Positions 40,697-55,829 of a DNA stretch of 64,000 nucleotides are shown piece by piece; position 1 is the stretch's first letter; every line of letters begins with the position of its first letter. The notes under the pieces are model-generated. The model was not told where the DNA came from, ran no database searches, and worked only from the letters and a program-made list of their open reading frames with translations. The stretch spans positions 186,001 through 250,000 of the forward strand of contig CT868307.1 in NCBI GenBank assembly GCA_000165425.1, given 5' to 3'. Both the position numbers and the translations under genes were made by a program. Source of the stretch: Paramecium tetraurelia (taxonomy: Eukaryota).

Positions 40697-43600
40697 ATGA
40701 ACATGATTGTACATCATCAACTTTCATCCAGTCTCATTTTAAATGAAGAAGAGATGTCAAATACATCAATAGATCTGCAATAGGAAATGCAAGATTCAGT
40801 TCAATTCGAGAATAGAGACAATTTCAACATACAATTCAATAGATAATCAATGATGCATGAGAGTACAGAATTGGGAGACACCATTAATAAACAATTGATT
40901 GAAGAAGAACAAAAATAGTTGTTACTTAATCAAATCACTGAATTGAGAATGAATAATCAACAATTGGTAGAAGAAATCAAAGATTTACATACTGCCGCTG
41001 TCGAACAAAATGAGCATCTTTAAGCAAAGAACACTGAGATTACAGAATTAAAATTGCTCATTCATGAACAGAAACAATAAAACAGAAAAGCAGATGACAC
41101 TATATAACAACTAAAATAATAAATTTAAGATTTTGAGTACAATATATTTGAGAAAGATGAAACCATGTAAAACTGTTTTTATTATACTTAAGAGTAGAAT
41201 TTGGAGAACAAATTAAGAAATTAGAAATGAAAAAACAGTAATTGGAATTGTCGCTAAAAGAAAGTAGAAATCATGTTGCTGCTTAGAAGTATTTATAGCA
41301 TTTTACATTATTTAGATAATAAATTAATAGTTTATTATTAAATTGTTCTCAAATCAATATTGATGAAATTAAAACAGAAATTGATAATGAATAAACTAAA
41401 CATTTACAATCAGAAATGTAATCCATCTCATTTTAATTAGCTAATTATTGCAAGAAAGTTATGATTAATTATTAAAAGAATAAGAAGAATCAGAATTAAG
41501 AGATAATCAAAAATAAGAATAATTAAAAAAGGATTCCCTTCAATATTAACAAACTCTCGTAGAATTGTAGTTGTTGAAGCATACTCTAAATTAGAACACT
41601 TAAGAAATGTTGTAGTATGATGAATTGATCGAAAAAAATGAAACAACCATTTAATAACTGGAGGATACCATCTAATCTTAAAATGAAAGATACGCACAAT
41701 TATCAAAAAAATTCTATAAATCCAAGTAAATAATATTAATTTATTTTAGATTAGTAGTTAACGAACTGAAACATAAGGTATAAGACTTAATGCTTTTGCA
41801 ATAGAATGATAAGGCAATCATCCTCTAATAATAAAATCAAATTAATCAGACTAAGAAGGACTTGGGTAAATTTCGATATCAAAGGGATAGTCTAATCGAA
41901 GTTTAATCTAAATTGTTGAAATCTCAGTATATGGATGAAGAAATTCCTACAAAGTAATTATATATCTATGTAAGGAAATAATTGGATGTTAAAGCAAATG
42001 AGATACAACAATTATTGAATGAATTGAATCAAAAAAAAGATGAATTAACTTAAGAGTAGTAATAACACTTTAAATCGCAATAGTAAATTTTAGAAATGAA
42101 AACAAATTCATCTAGTCTTGAATAAAAATAAATCAGATTGGAAGAAGAACTAAGATCACTAAATATGATTATTATCTAATAAGAAAATAAAATTAGAGAT
42201 TATTGTTAATAAAATTAAGATATCAAAAGTCAAAATTTAGAATTACTTACAAGAATGTCTTAATTTGACAAAGAAACTACTTAAATCATCAAATAATTCA
42301 AGTAAAAATACAAAATTATTTGAAAGTTAAGAAATTCAAAGTTTGAAACAAAATTATAATTTACATGAATAATCGTATAAGGAACTTGAGACAGTGAATC
42401 TAGAATTAAATGATCAACTTAATGGTCAAAGTGAATTGACTCAAAAAAAAATTCAGAAATTAAGGTATTATTTTAGAAATTATATTTTAGTGAGGAGAAT
42501 AACTAATAAAAGATACTTATTTCATAGTTATAAGAGAAATTATTGCTCATAAATACAAGATAAGTCAAGGAGTAATTTTAACAAACTTATTTGAAAACTA
42601 AATCAATTTCCTTATAGACAGATCCAATTGTTGATAAGCTAGTTATTTAGAATGAAGAGGATAAGTTAAGAGATGTGGAAAATACAATTAATTTTATTAT
42701 CAATAATTTGGATACTATGAAGGAGAAGATTAATTTGAATCAAAGCAATATAAACGAGTTACTTGGTTTTAAATAAATAATTTCTAATTTGATTTTAAAA
42801 CAACAAGGAGGAGTTTAAGAGAATGAGTAGTGTTAGGAATCAACCTAGATTCACACTCCTAGATCAATTGAAAAAAAGGATAATAAGGAGTTTGAGTGTC
42901 TTAACTAACAAATTCATTCTTTAGAACTTTAGATATTGGAAAAGGTTTCAATGATAAACGAACTCTAATTGTAATTATAAAAATAAGAATAATAAATAGA
43001 AAATTTGAAATTAAAAGAAACTGAAAAGCATCTTTTGGATATTATTGTTTCAGATAGGCAATAATTATGTGAATGCAAATTATAATAGGAATACAATAAA
43101 TATGTTTCTGACAATCAAAATTTTGATCGCATTAAGCAATTGGAGAGTCTGAATATATAACTTAAAATAAAGGTACTTTGATGTTATTTTTTTGATAGCT
43201 TGAGGCATAATAGGAGATAGCCAAGGAAAACTTACGCTTAAGAAAGAAGATTGCCACTCTGGAGAATTAGGAGATGAAGCAAAGTTCGACTTCCCCCTAG
43301 AAAATCTTTAATAGCAAAATAACTCTTAATACTTTTTAAACTAATTCTACATAGAAGTCGATTGAAAAGAAGAGAAGCCACATCGGAAATTAAAATTGTC
43401 ACTCATATTAGAGTGGTCTTAAGCAATAATTAATTGAATCAGATACAATTTAATCGAAAAGATATGTAGATATGTTAAAAAAATGCATAGAGGAATAGCA
43501 GATGAAGCTATAATAGAGAGAGGATTTGATGAAATAAAGCTTTGTTCTTTTAAATAATTTGTCAACAGATTTAAAAAAAAAATTAAATCTAATTAATAGC

Positions 43601-43735
43601 GAAGATTTAACGAAAAAAAAATAAGTTGTTACATTTATTGAAAAAGTCTAGTTGTAAGTCGATTTTGTAATGAAACGACTCTTATAATATAGAAATACTG
43701 ATTGTGTTTCACCAACTCGATTAGGGAAAGACTGA
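40697..43735 (+). CDS. Large coiled-coil protein (hypothetical)
   Basis: MNMIVHHQLSSSLILNEEEMS...; heptad-rich Q/E/K/L sequence with several small introns; ends CVSPTRLGKD TGA. Confidence 0.75.
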
Positions 43736-43774
43736 ATATTATATATATTAATAATTTTTAATTTAATATCACTT

Positions 43775-46700
43775 ATGCTGCCATTTGGGTACATTGTTTT
43801 GTAATATTTAGTTTTTAGTGATTTAAATACTTCGAATTTGAAAAACAGCAGAGGTGTAGTACAAAAAAGTAGAAGTGCAAGAAATTTATGGTAAAATGAT
43901 CAGAAGAGTCCCAGAGCAAATGTGCAATAGAGAAAGTAGTTATAAAACATTGATATGTTAGAACGAGAAAAAAGAGTACTTTCAAGTTTGAAAATGTGCA
44001 TGATAACATCATTCAAATTTAATTGGCTTCAGATGAGAGCTATGAAATGGATATCAACGAAGAGATAGAAATTGATAAAAAAGCTATGTCCAGAGGTCTG
44101 CAAAACGAATTTAGTCCTGATAAAAGGAAAACCTTTAGAGCTAAGCAATTTCAGATTTATAAAACTCTTCAAGAATACATGGATGAGGAGTTGATTGAAG
44201 AAGATAGAGAGGATATTCAAGAACAGACTCCAACTCCTATCTAGAGACAAAATCAAAAAATAACTCCTGAAGAGATCATATTTTAAAAGAATTTATAAAT
44301 CCCAGATATTATATCTGAATTTACGAAATTGTATGAATCTGATCCTCACAATGACAATTACAATCTCTAATTATTGCATGTAGAAGGATGGGAAGAAATA
44401 TGGCTAAACCATTAATTCTATAAGGATGCATATATATTACTATGGTTAAGAAAGTTAATTGTGACATTTTTTAATTCAATATCTTTGATTTGTTATAAAA
44501 TTACCACCAACATAGTGTCAAATTTTATAATGCTTCTATTAGTGTCAATAAATATGGTGTTATACATAACCAAATTTTATGATGATGTCTATACTCAATA
44601 CAAACAATTATTTGATGGATGGTCATTAAGTAATAAATGTTCAATTATAATAGTCTTCTTTTGGATTTATGTTGTAGAACATGGCATAAAGATAGTTGGA
44701 TTAGGATTAGTTTAGTTTTTTAAGGTATTCTGGAATTGTTATGATTTGGTCAATGTAAAAATTATAAAAATTTTATATAGCTAATTCTCTTTGGATTGTA
44801 TATTTATGGAAGTTTATCATTTGATTTTTCTCCCTTGAGAGCTATGAGAATATTGATTTAGTTAGCAAAGATTTCATCACAATTATAAAAAACATTGAAG
44901 GCATTAACTGAATCATTAAAGAATATGATGGAGGCATCATTGGTTGTCTTGATTTTTTGTATATTCTTTGCTAATGTTGGTGTTCATTTATTCAGTCAAT
45001 TATTATAGAATAGATGCTTTTACATTGAGGATGGGATTTAGGATTTCAATTAAAATATTTGTGGTTGGGTGGATTGTCCTAATAATATGAATTGCTTTTA
45101 GTCTTTGAATAATGTGGATACTGCTACTAATTTTGATAATTTCTTTTTCGCCTTTGCTTAAATCATTCGTACAATTACTATGGACAATTGGACTGATGTT
45201 ATGTATTATACTATGTATACATTAAGTCCTATGACATGGATTTATTTCGTTCTTGTCATTTTTATAGTAGGTATGAAATAGCAATATTTTTTTAGGTTTT
45301 TTTGCATTTAATCTAATTATTGCTGTTTTGAAAACATAATATTCACAAATTGTATCCAATTATTAAGAAGACAAAGAAGATTTATCAAATAAATAAACTT
45401 ACATAGAACCATTAAACCTAAGATTTATAAAAAATATAGGATTGTACAATTAAATAAAAACATTATAAAAAGTACGAAAGAGAGCCTCTCAACAATCACT
45501 TTCTCAAAGTCATGTTTCTTAGAATAAGTCAATTGATAATTAAATATTTTCACCAAAAGGAAGTCAATTGATACAAAAATCTAAAGTAATTTCCTAATTC
45601 ACGGGTGGATTTGGCTAAATCAACAAATTGTAAAAAATGGTGAGGAGAGCCAAAACAATAAAAGAAAAGAAGAAATAACAAAGGTTGATTCTGTCAGCAA
45701 GATAACAGAAATTGCTGTAGAAAAGAGAGAATGAGGAGATGGGCATAATGAATAGCAATGAATAAAGCATTTTTGATAAGTTTAACTTAAAAGCCATTTT
45801 GTAACCACAAAGAAATTTTAACATTGAATAATCAAAATATGAATAAACTGTATAAGGGGATATAAAGGGGAAAAAGATACTGATGAGTTTAAAATACAAT
45901 GATGTTTTGGCATGGAAATTGGATCTGAAGTATTCACCCTACCATTCAACATCCAAAAGAGATGTAATAAGCGAACTCAAGGAGATATTGTAGAAAGAGA
46001 AAAAATTGAAAGAGTAGTATGAAAAGGTTAAAAGACAAAATCTGAAATAATATTATATGTTAGACATCTATGATAAGTAAAGGGAGAAGATATCATAGTA
46101 ATTGTAGTCTTCTGATAATGGAAATCCATCTATTCAAAGACTCTACAGTATAAAATATGATATAAATACAAAAAATAGAGACCAACCTATTACATCTAAA
46201 TTGAAATTGAAATTCCCAATCAAATCAAGTAGAAGAATCTTTGGATCTGAATTAAATATGGGTGATTCAAATAATGAAATTCCTACTAATAAGTCATCCA
46301 TTACTCGGAAATCATATTACGATCATTTAAGAAAGCAAAGGCTGTTTTTTCAGAGATCTCAAACTAAAATGCACAGGGCAAGTTCAGATGCCTTTATGGA
46401 ATTTCCAGAATGGCAGGAAGGGCAATCTTATATCACAATAAATGGTATCAAGTGGAATCATGATGCTTGTTCTATTTTGATTAATAGGAAGATTAATGAG
46501 TTGGATGAAGATGATGATAATGATGATTCAGATGATGATCGAATTTTAAAATTAGATTGGATGGATCAAAATTATGAGCACTATATCCAAATTAGAGTAA
46601 TAAATTTAATTTATTATAGAAAAAAGAATTAGAGTAAGGCTTTATAAGAAGACACAATATCTCGATGCTCAACATCATGAATAATTTAACAAAAAATAAA

Positions 46701-49700
46701 TTGATTTCTATACTCAAATCACTAAATAAGCATGACTATAATATTTGGATCTAAGGATTCTATGGCTATTGGATTGTTCTCTAATTTAAATTGCATAAAT
46801 TATTGGAGGAGAAAATGGTATCAATTATTTTTGACTTGTACACAATGGTTAATTTCTTTATTCTTTGTAGTGAAGGCTATTTAAGTTCAGATTTGGTTGA
46901 TTCAATTAATTCAGTTATGACATTCCTATTATTGGGGGAGATAGTGTTGAAGATCATCGGTTATGGAATTAAAGATTTTAGCAAAATGTCTAGTAATAAC
47001 TTAGATGCTTTTGTCATTGTTTTGTGTTTGTTATAATACTTTATTTCAATCACTTAGCCATATTGGTTGGAATAATATAGCAGCGAAATTAAAGTGTTAA
47101 GAGCATCAAAAGCCTTTATGTTATATAGGGTGATTAAATATAATAAATTTGTTGTAAGAATAATGAAGATCGCCTAATTAACAATGAAGTCGTATATAAA
47201 CATAACATTTTTAATGTTTTATGTCATCTTTATGTATGCTATAATGGGATTGTAATTTTTTGTGAATAAATTTGATGAATCGTAAAGATTAGCTTAACTG
47301 CATTCATTTAACAGCATAGGAAAATCGTGGATGACTGTATTTAATACAATTACAAATGATGATGCAGTTGGTATGTTGAAAGTGGCTACTTAATACACTG
47401 ACACATGGATTGGATTGTTATTTTATATTACAATGGTGTTTGGTTTAAACTATTTGATATATGGTTTGGTGAGTGCAGTATTGTTGGATGCATTCTCATC
47501 TGAATTAGAAAAGGGGAATTAGTATGAGGAAAAGAGAGAGAGAATATTGTAGAAACTAGGAATACAAGAGAATATCAATTAGAATGGCACTTAATTAGAT
47601 ACCCTATCATCATATAAGAATGAGAAGGATGATAATGATGATATTCTCAATGATATCAAGATATAATAATAACAATTTATAAAAAGATAGACATTTAACA
47701 GCAAGAAGAGCATTTATCAACAAGTACCTGAAACAGTTAAACATATATTCAGTAAATAGAAATCTTTAGAAATCTAGTATTATAAAGATATTGAATGCGA
47801 ATATTCACTATTCATATTTCAATTTGATCATAATTTTAGAAAGTTTTGTTATCGAACAACGAAATCTGTGATTTTCAAATTTGTATTGAATAGCTCAATT
47901 TGCTCATCAGTAGCAACTATGATCATCATCTCATTTGATGACAGTTTACCATCATTACATACAAATAACTTAAACACATTCTATGAGTATCATTTATTCG
48001 CTGTGAATCTAGTCATCACTATTACTTATATTTTGGAGATTATATCTCAAGGGATGTTATTGGATTAAGGAGCATTCTGCAGAGACATATGGAGATTCAT
48101 CGATATCTTATATTTGATTAGTTATTACTTGTCCTTTATGACTCTGTCTCCTTTTTTGAAATTCTCACTTTATCTAAGTAATCATTAAATAGTATTTTAG
48201 TTTATCTACGTCCTTTGATGATGATAAACATGTTTCAAAGTATCTAAGGTATTAAAAATGCAATGAGTTTGAGTTTGGTGTAAATTCTGAACATTATAGG
48301 AGTTATTTTGTTAGTGTTTTTAATATTCGATGTCATTGGAATGCATTTATACTAAAACAAAATGGGTTATTGTGAAGACTTAATGAATTTCTATGTGAAT
48401 GAATTTCAATGTTCGCAACAAAACAAGACTTGGGTAATTCATCCATACAACTTCGAAAATATTCTAAATGGATTATTGACATTATTCTTGGCTGCATCTT
48501 TAGATGGATGGGGAGAGATCATGCAAGTTTGTTTTAATGCAAATGATTCTAAATATGGACCAACACCTCTTAATACACAATGGGCTACTTATTTATTCTT
48601 TATTTTGTTTATTTTCATTGGAGCAATGTTTTTTATGGGATTCCTCACAGGTGTTCTTTTCACAGAGTTTTAAAAGTATACAAAACAACTAGAAAATAAA
48701 TACTTAACTAGTGACTAATCACAATTCCTTAAAATCTCAGAATTGATACTATAATAAAGTCCAGGTTACAGCAATCCTCCTAAAACTCCCCTTAGACGAT
48801 TGTGTTATAAGATTGTGTTTAGTCTATGGTATCATAAATTCTTCATTGTTGTATTATGTGTCAACACCATTGTGTTATGCTTATTCTATTCAGATGCCTC
48901 ATATGAATACATGTCAAATCTAAATAAGACGTATTAAGTATTGACAGGCGTGTTTGCTCTTGATACGATCATTAAGTTATTGGCTTATGGTCCAACTAGA
49001 TATTTTGGTATATATAGAGTTACTATTTAAAGCTACTAATTGGAGAGTTATTGAATTGTCCCTTTCATTTATAGCTGTGGCTGACTTCATCTATGATAGT
49101 TATTGGGGATGGTTCACTACCTTCTTAGGAGCTAATTAATCGGACAAATACTTCACCTTCTATAGGATTTTGTTTTGTATGCGAGACATCCGTATTCTTT
49201 TGATTATTCAAGAATTCAAGGGGTTACTTAGATTATTGAGAGTCCTTTTGTTTTCGATGCCTTTATTATTTAAAATCTTATACATTCAAGTCATAGCCTA
49301 AACTACATATGCTCTAATAGGGAAGGAATTGTTTTCACATATTTCAAATGGATCTGTAATTGACGATAAATATGCAAATTTTAAGAACTTTATTAATTCT
49401 GCATTGTTGATGTTCAAATGCACTACAGGTGATGATTGGAGAGCCCTGTTGATTGATTGTTCTCCTCAAAACTATTATTGCAGGAGTGACAGCAATTAAT
49501 GCGGTTCTTAATGGTCCTTGCCTTTCTTTCTTTCATATTATTTATTTTCAAATATCATCATCATGAATCTATTTGTATTAGCTTTGGTGGATTAGTTTGA
49601 AAGTAATAGCACATTATTAAATCTTAGATTTCTTCAATGCCTCTACTAATGCCATCCAGACATTCGTTGAGAATGTTGATCACTTTTGCAATGTATGGTG

Positions 49701-50559
49701 CAAATACACATATGAAACTAAAGGAACCAAAATGCATACGCGTTTTATTGCTCGATTTTTGTTAGATTTACAAGAACCTCTAGGAGCTCTCGAAGGAGAT
49801 AACGTATGGGATGCAGCCAAGAGTGCATCTAATTTTAGAATCAGATCAAATAAACAAGGTTATGTGTACTTTAATGAACTACTTTATGAGACAATTCGAT
49901 TTGCTTTTAAAGAGAGTGTATTCAAATCAGGATCACTAATTGGTAGATCACAAATGAAGCAATTTGATTTAGCAATGAAAAGGAAGATGAGAGAAAATAA
50001 CATTAAATAAGAATCATAATTAGATGAAGATTACTTTTAAGAAGAATACATTTCCAAACATTAAAACTTTAACATCCTATCAGAGTATCTAAATGTATTG
50101 ATTGCTCTTAAAACTTGGGAAGCTTACACTGTCAGATTGATCGAGAAAACCAAAAAACTTGATGAATACACTGAATAAACAAGTTCCTCAGATACTGAAC
50201 AAAAATTATCAATGAGTATTGTACCTTCAGTTTAGAATGCATTTTAAAACAGATTGGGATAGACAATCGAGTTAGATACTCATAGAATATCAAGAGATTA
50301 TTGTCATTTGAATATTTACAAAGAAACTAATTTTTATCAATATTAATAGCATTGCATATTATTAGAACCCTTTAGTAAATAGTCACAACATGAGACACCA
50401 CTTCAAAAATCTCCATCGACATTCCTTGAAAATAAAAGTATTTTAATAAATCATTCTTTAGGATAACCAAATCCCAAGAAAACATTAATTAAAAGACAGT
50501 CTTCTCTATTTAAATAGAATGTACAATCATTCAAAGATGTGCTAGAAAAAGTATTTTGA
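43775..50559 (+). CDS. Four-domain voltage-gated cation channel alpha subunit (Cav-like, divergent)
   Basis: Four 6-TM repeats with pore loops NFDNFFFAF..TMDNW, FNSIGKSW..TNDDA, NFENILNGLLTLF..SLDGW and NFKNF..TGDDW. S4-like KVLRASKAFMLYRVIK. Cav-type C-terminal region (VWCKY..FLLDLQEPLG..GYVYFNELL). Confidence 0.9.
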
Positions 50560-50594
50560 TATAAGATTTATACTAATAATTATATATAAACAAA

Positions 50595-51594
50595 TCAAAA
50601 TGCAATTTATTATTTCTTTCTATCTTCCACTTCTTCTTCTTCCTCATACTGCAATTTCACTTTTGGCTTTTTCTTCTTAACATCCTTCACTTCATCATCT
50701 AAGATTATTATTAATGCTTACCATCTCTCCTTAATTAATTAAATGTCTATTTCTAAAACAATCTTTTATCATCCTCTTCATCATCTTGTTCTTAATCTTC
50801 TTCATCATCTTCTTCTAAATCATTTGGATCGAATATCAATTCCTCATCTGAGTAATCTTCCTCCTCCTCTTCCTATTCCTATTGTTCTCTCTATAGAAAT
50901 GATTATTCATTAGAATATACTTCTTCTTCATCTTCCACTTAATTCTAACCAACGACTTTCTCAAAAGCCTTGGTATTGTAATTCATAATTTCATTGTATA
51001 CTCCATTTTTCAATCTGTCTATCAACTCCTATTCTATGGCATTCTCCAAATTGGCAGCCACCAATGCTTTCTACTCTCTTATCTTATCTCTTCTTTCTGC
51101 CTTCTTTTTAATCGGAATCAATTCCTTGCTATTATATATTATTGTTTCATACAATCCCTTCAATCGCATCTTCCTTATTCTTATCAACATCTGTCTTAGC
51201 TTAGTCAATCTTTGCTTATTTTTGTGAATCATGAAATTGCTCCAATATTTCAACTATTCATCTATTTATGCCAATGCCTATAATTGATATATTTTGTAAG
51301 TTTACTTATTCGTAGTTCTTCGATAGTAGTATCTTCTCCCACAATTCTTTTGGTTTTTATGCTCTTTCTGCTGTTTTCACGTAAAGATAACATAATCCCT
51401 TTTCTTCTTTAATTGTGGCATATTATGAATTTGCCAATGGACAGGATTATTTAGAACATAACCCAGTCACATTATATTCATTTCTACAGAAATTCTACGA
51501 GATTGTTCTAATCATAGTACTTTTTTTCTTACTTAATCTTAAATGAGCAATGACCTCTATTAATGACCTGCCATACAACTTCGTCAATTTACAT
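50595..51594 (-). CDS. MAK16: Mak16 ribosome biogenesis protein
   Basis: [73 protein letters not shown]; acidic C-terminal tail. Confidence 0.95.
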
Positions 51595-51652
51595 AATTAT
51601 TAATAATATTGAAATAAATAAAGCATTTTCAATGAAATGTGAAAAATATACT

Positions 51653-54600
51653 TCATTACAACCCCTTCTTTTTCTTCTTCTCCAACCATATCTTCTTCTC
51701 CTTCTTTTAAAAAGCCTCTATTCTTAATTTATAATTTTCCTAATCCACAATTAAAAATGGTTTAATGTCCTCATCATTGTATTCCAAGTCCTTATTCTTA
51801 TCATCCTTATCCAAATCCCTCTTTGTTCTCTTCTTCTTTACTTCTTCAAAATCCTCAAAATACTTCCCCTGCACTTTGATTGTTAGATTCTAAATCAACT
51901 TAGCTAATTGCTTGTCCAATTCCTTCTGATACTGCTCCTTCTACTTCTTGGTTGTCTATCTCTAATTTTTGGCATACTTTTCAATGACATTCAACTACTT
52001 CCTCTACTTCTCATCCAGCAACTCCAAATTCTTCCTAAACATAACAGCGTCCCTACTTTCCTTATCATCTGGATTCTAAGATTACTATAGAAATGCCGTT
52101 AACTTATTGATCATTCTCCACCTCTTTAAGTTGGGTTCAGTCTACATAATTATAAATGAATATAAATACTGTCAATCCTAATTTTCGAGATATATTTTAA
52201 ATGTCTTCCACATGCAACTTACGTAAATCATTTTCAGTACCCATGACTTAAGGCTTCTTCTCTTGAATGGCATTCTAGCCTTTCTCACCTCTCGCTTTAA
52301 GTGGTTTCTTTATGTAATTCAAACCTCCATGACCAGATGTAGGATCTCCAATTCCATACAATAACATCCTTCCCGTTTGATTAGCTGAATGCAGAAATGA
52401 CTAAGATAAGGACCACGCAGTCATGTTTAGTTCATCTTCAATCCTCCTAGCAATAACCCAACTATTAAAATCTTAAGGGTTCCTTGATAAATATTCTTGG
52501 AGAGTCTTCTTCATCTTATCACTATTCTTAAGTTCCTTCAACCCAAACTCTTATAACAAATAAGATGAATGCAACATGGATTCATACAGACACACCTAAT
52601 TAGCAGTTATGTCATATTTCAGAACCTGGATATCGTCGTTGCTTCCTCTCTGATGTCTCCAAGTTTTTTGATTTGATGAATCCTAGATCCCCTTACATTC
52701 TTTCAGGGCAGATCTGATATTGGTATGACTTTGCTTTTAGAATATTTATTCCAATTCATCCTGCTTCACTTCTTAGTCCATCTTAAACTATTTCTTAATG
52801 TAAGTTTTTAGACAATTCTTTAGAAATGTTCCCAAAGGTCTCGAATGAGGAGTGAATATTTCTACTTTCGGTTCAATCTAACCAACCAAGTAAATACAAT
52901 CTATAGGTCTCAGTGTATATTTATAATGACAATTATCAACTCTGGTTCTCACCAATAAGAAATCAGTGGCTGGCAATTTCTGTTTGAAGATCGGAGCTCT
53001 GTAGAGTTCATTCTCTATTACTGCTATGCCGATGAATCGCTCATCTGTCAGTTATCCCTGGAGTGGGATTGTTCCATTCTTATCCAGAAATCGAATTTAA
53101 CCAATATTGCCTAATTGTTCAACTAACATATTTTTGAATTCCCAAAGAGTCATTTCCTCATTTGAAATCTATCCCATTTACCCATAAGTACTTCTATATG
53201 TCCCTTAGAGACTATTCTCTTAAAAGTTATTGTAGTTATCCCCTTCATCTTTGATTCTTTTCTGATTGAATTGCAGGAGTGCCCTACTAGGATAAACATA
53301 CCTAGTCACTTTAGAACACATTCCAGTATTGTTCAATAACAAAGGTCTTTGCTCAATGTATTCCATCAATATAAAGTTTCCCTTTGACAATGATAGATTT
53401 TCAACCTATTTATAATACTCATGACTATTCTATTTCTCAGTTGATTCTTCAAGTAAGATCTCCCTATTGTCCTTCTTTTGTTCCTTGATATTTACTAATG
53501 GAACCAATTCTGTTGTCCATGGATCAAAATATTTGACTTGTTCTCTTTCCAATCCTAAAAATTCTCGTTTCTCTTCATATAAATTGTCAACAATATTATT
53601 TCTATGATATCTTGCATGCTTTGTTAAAACCTAAGAAAAGTCATTCAAGAGGAATGATTCTGCCACTTAAGAATGATTGTAGAATGGTGTAGTTTGAAAT
53701 GCCTTCATTTTAGATTCAATCAAATTCAGCAATTCTTTATTTCCTCCATCCTCATTACCAAATTGCTAATTGAAATCCTATTGTTATTATATTCCATCCT
53801 CAAACTATGACAAATCATAAGACTCTTACTAATCTTCCACACTCAGTAAATTCACATGAGACACAGCACTTCTATTATCCTTTTACCTTGAAACTATAGA
53901 TGGAGCAGCCAACCTATTAGCCAATTGTTATTGCGTCCCAACTTTTTCTGGGAACTTCTTTTAGTGCAATAAAACTTCCAACTTCTCACTAAAGAACTAC
54001 CGATTCTACATATCAATTTCTACTCTGTTATAGGCTTCGAACGATTTAGATAAGAAATTATCTTTCTGACCCATGCAGAATTCAACAATCTCCTTATTGT
54101 AATACGAATAATTGTCCAAAGCCTTTTAAAACTCTTATTCCTTCTTATCGATTTCCGCCTACTTAAAGCTTTCATCTGGTTATTGATTTTACTAATTCTA
54201 TTATTCATTCAACTTCTTTTCATCTTCTAATTACTACTGAATTCTTTACATCAACCCCATTCCTGGTTCATCAGTCTGGCCTTAACATTTTAATGCATTA
54301 ATATCCTATTATGGACATTAATACAAAAAAGATTCCTTGTTTAGAATCCTCTGTTGTTTTTAATTTTAGACTTCTGCATTAAATAGTTCCTATTGTTCAT
54401 TCTCAAATAATTTAAATTTATTTGTAAAGAACCTCTTTAAATTTTCACTGTCTTTCTATCTAATCTAGGCTTCTAACTCCATTTGATTTTTTTTGGGATC
54501 TTAATCTATTTAGATCTATTATTAAAATTCTCGATTTTCTTCTAAGGGATACACATTGTTGTTATTTTCTGTAGTATTTTATACACAATTTTTCATCCGC

Positions 54601-55493
54601 TCTTGAATTTCCTTTCTGTAATTTATGCCTTCCTCCAATTTTATCTTCTTGTGTTTTTTGTTGATTAAATCATTCAACTCTTTGAAGTATTTGGATGTTA
54701 AGAGAGGATTGTGAAAACTCTGAATCACTCCATAAGGGTTCTCCACTATTTCCTCTTGGCATAGGATTGTGTAATTGTCTTTGCTCTCGTTCTATAACTT
54801 AGTATAGAGTGACAGTCTTTTCTCGAGACTCTTCAGACACTTCTATTTCTTGAAGGAGTCCAAGATAATCTCTGAGTCCTTATTTAATTGCAAATGCTCT
54901 CTTATTTATTGATCAGTCAAAACAGAAAAATTCTACATCAAAGAGTCGTAGTAATCGCTATCAAAGGATTTACTCTTCTTATATTTGTACAGAATGTCAT
55001 TTATTACTTTATCATAAATCATTTTAACATCTTCACTTGCAGCATAATAAAAATCAGAAAATGCATACACAGGATACTTAACATTTTGGGACTAACGAGT
55101 ATTATTGGTTTATCCTGATGACAAACTATTTCTTAAGTCTATTTAACGTAAAAATGTTCTCAATTAAGAGTAGTTTCTCAAATGTTAATTTTAATCTGTA
55201 TCAGAAGACAAGTTAAAATTCTATAGATTGGGTTCATTGATCCTGAGATTCTACCTTTACCCAATTCTCTTCTACTCTACTTCACTTGCTTCTTCTTCTT
55301 CCTCCTCGTCATCACTTGTTTCCTCATATTGTCCTTATGGTCTGAATCCTGCAATTAATGCATCACAGTCTAAAATATCCTTGAAGTATCGCATTGCAAA
55401 ATTTAAATCCAAGCTGCTCTTATCCCTTTAATTCATTTCATTCACATCTTCAAATTAGGCGAATAAAATATCTAAAAGTGCCTCGTTTAACAT
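51653..55493 (-). CDS. TAF1: TFIID subunit TAF1 (DUF3591 core)
   Basis: LMEYIEQRPLLLNNTGMCSKV, IENELYRAPIFKQKLPATDFLLVR, YLVGQIEP, TAWSLSQSF..GIGDPTSGHGGLNYIK, VMGTENDLRKL; one 28-nt intron seen near 52142-52169. Confidence 0.88.
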
Positions 55494-55829
55494 TATTTAT
55501 TAAAATAATTACAAATTATATATATATAAATTATTCACAAATTTAAGTCCATAGCTTATTCTCCTCATTGACTTCTCTGTATTATTGCCAAAATGATAGG
55601 AAATATCACAAAAATCATCTCACATCTTTTACTCATTTAAAGAGTGTAATTTAATTTCCTAATTCATTCAATAACCTTCATTTGTTTAAATTCTAAAGTT
55701 TAAATTACATAATTTTGATTCCAAAATTTTCCTCAAAATTTCTAAGAAAAAGTGGAAAGTTATATCATCCCTAATAAGAGGATGGAATGATTTATATTGA
55801 AATTAATTTAATTTGAGAATATTAAATTC

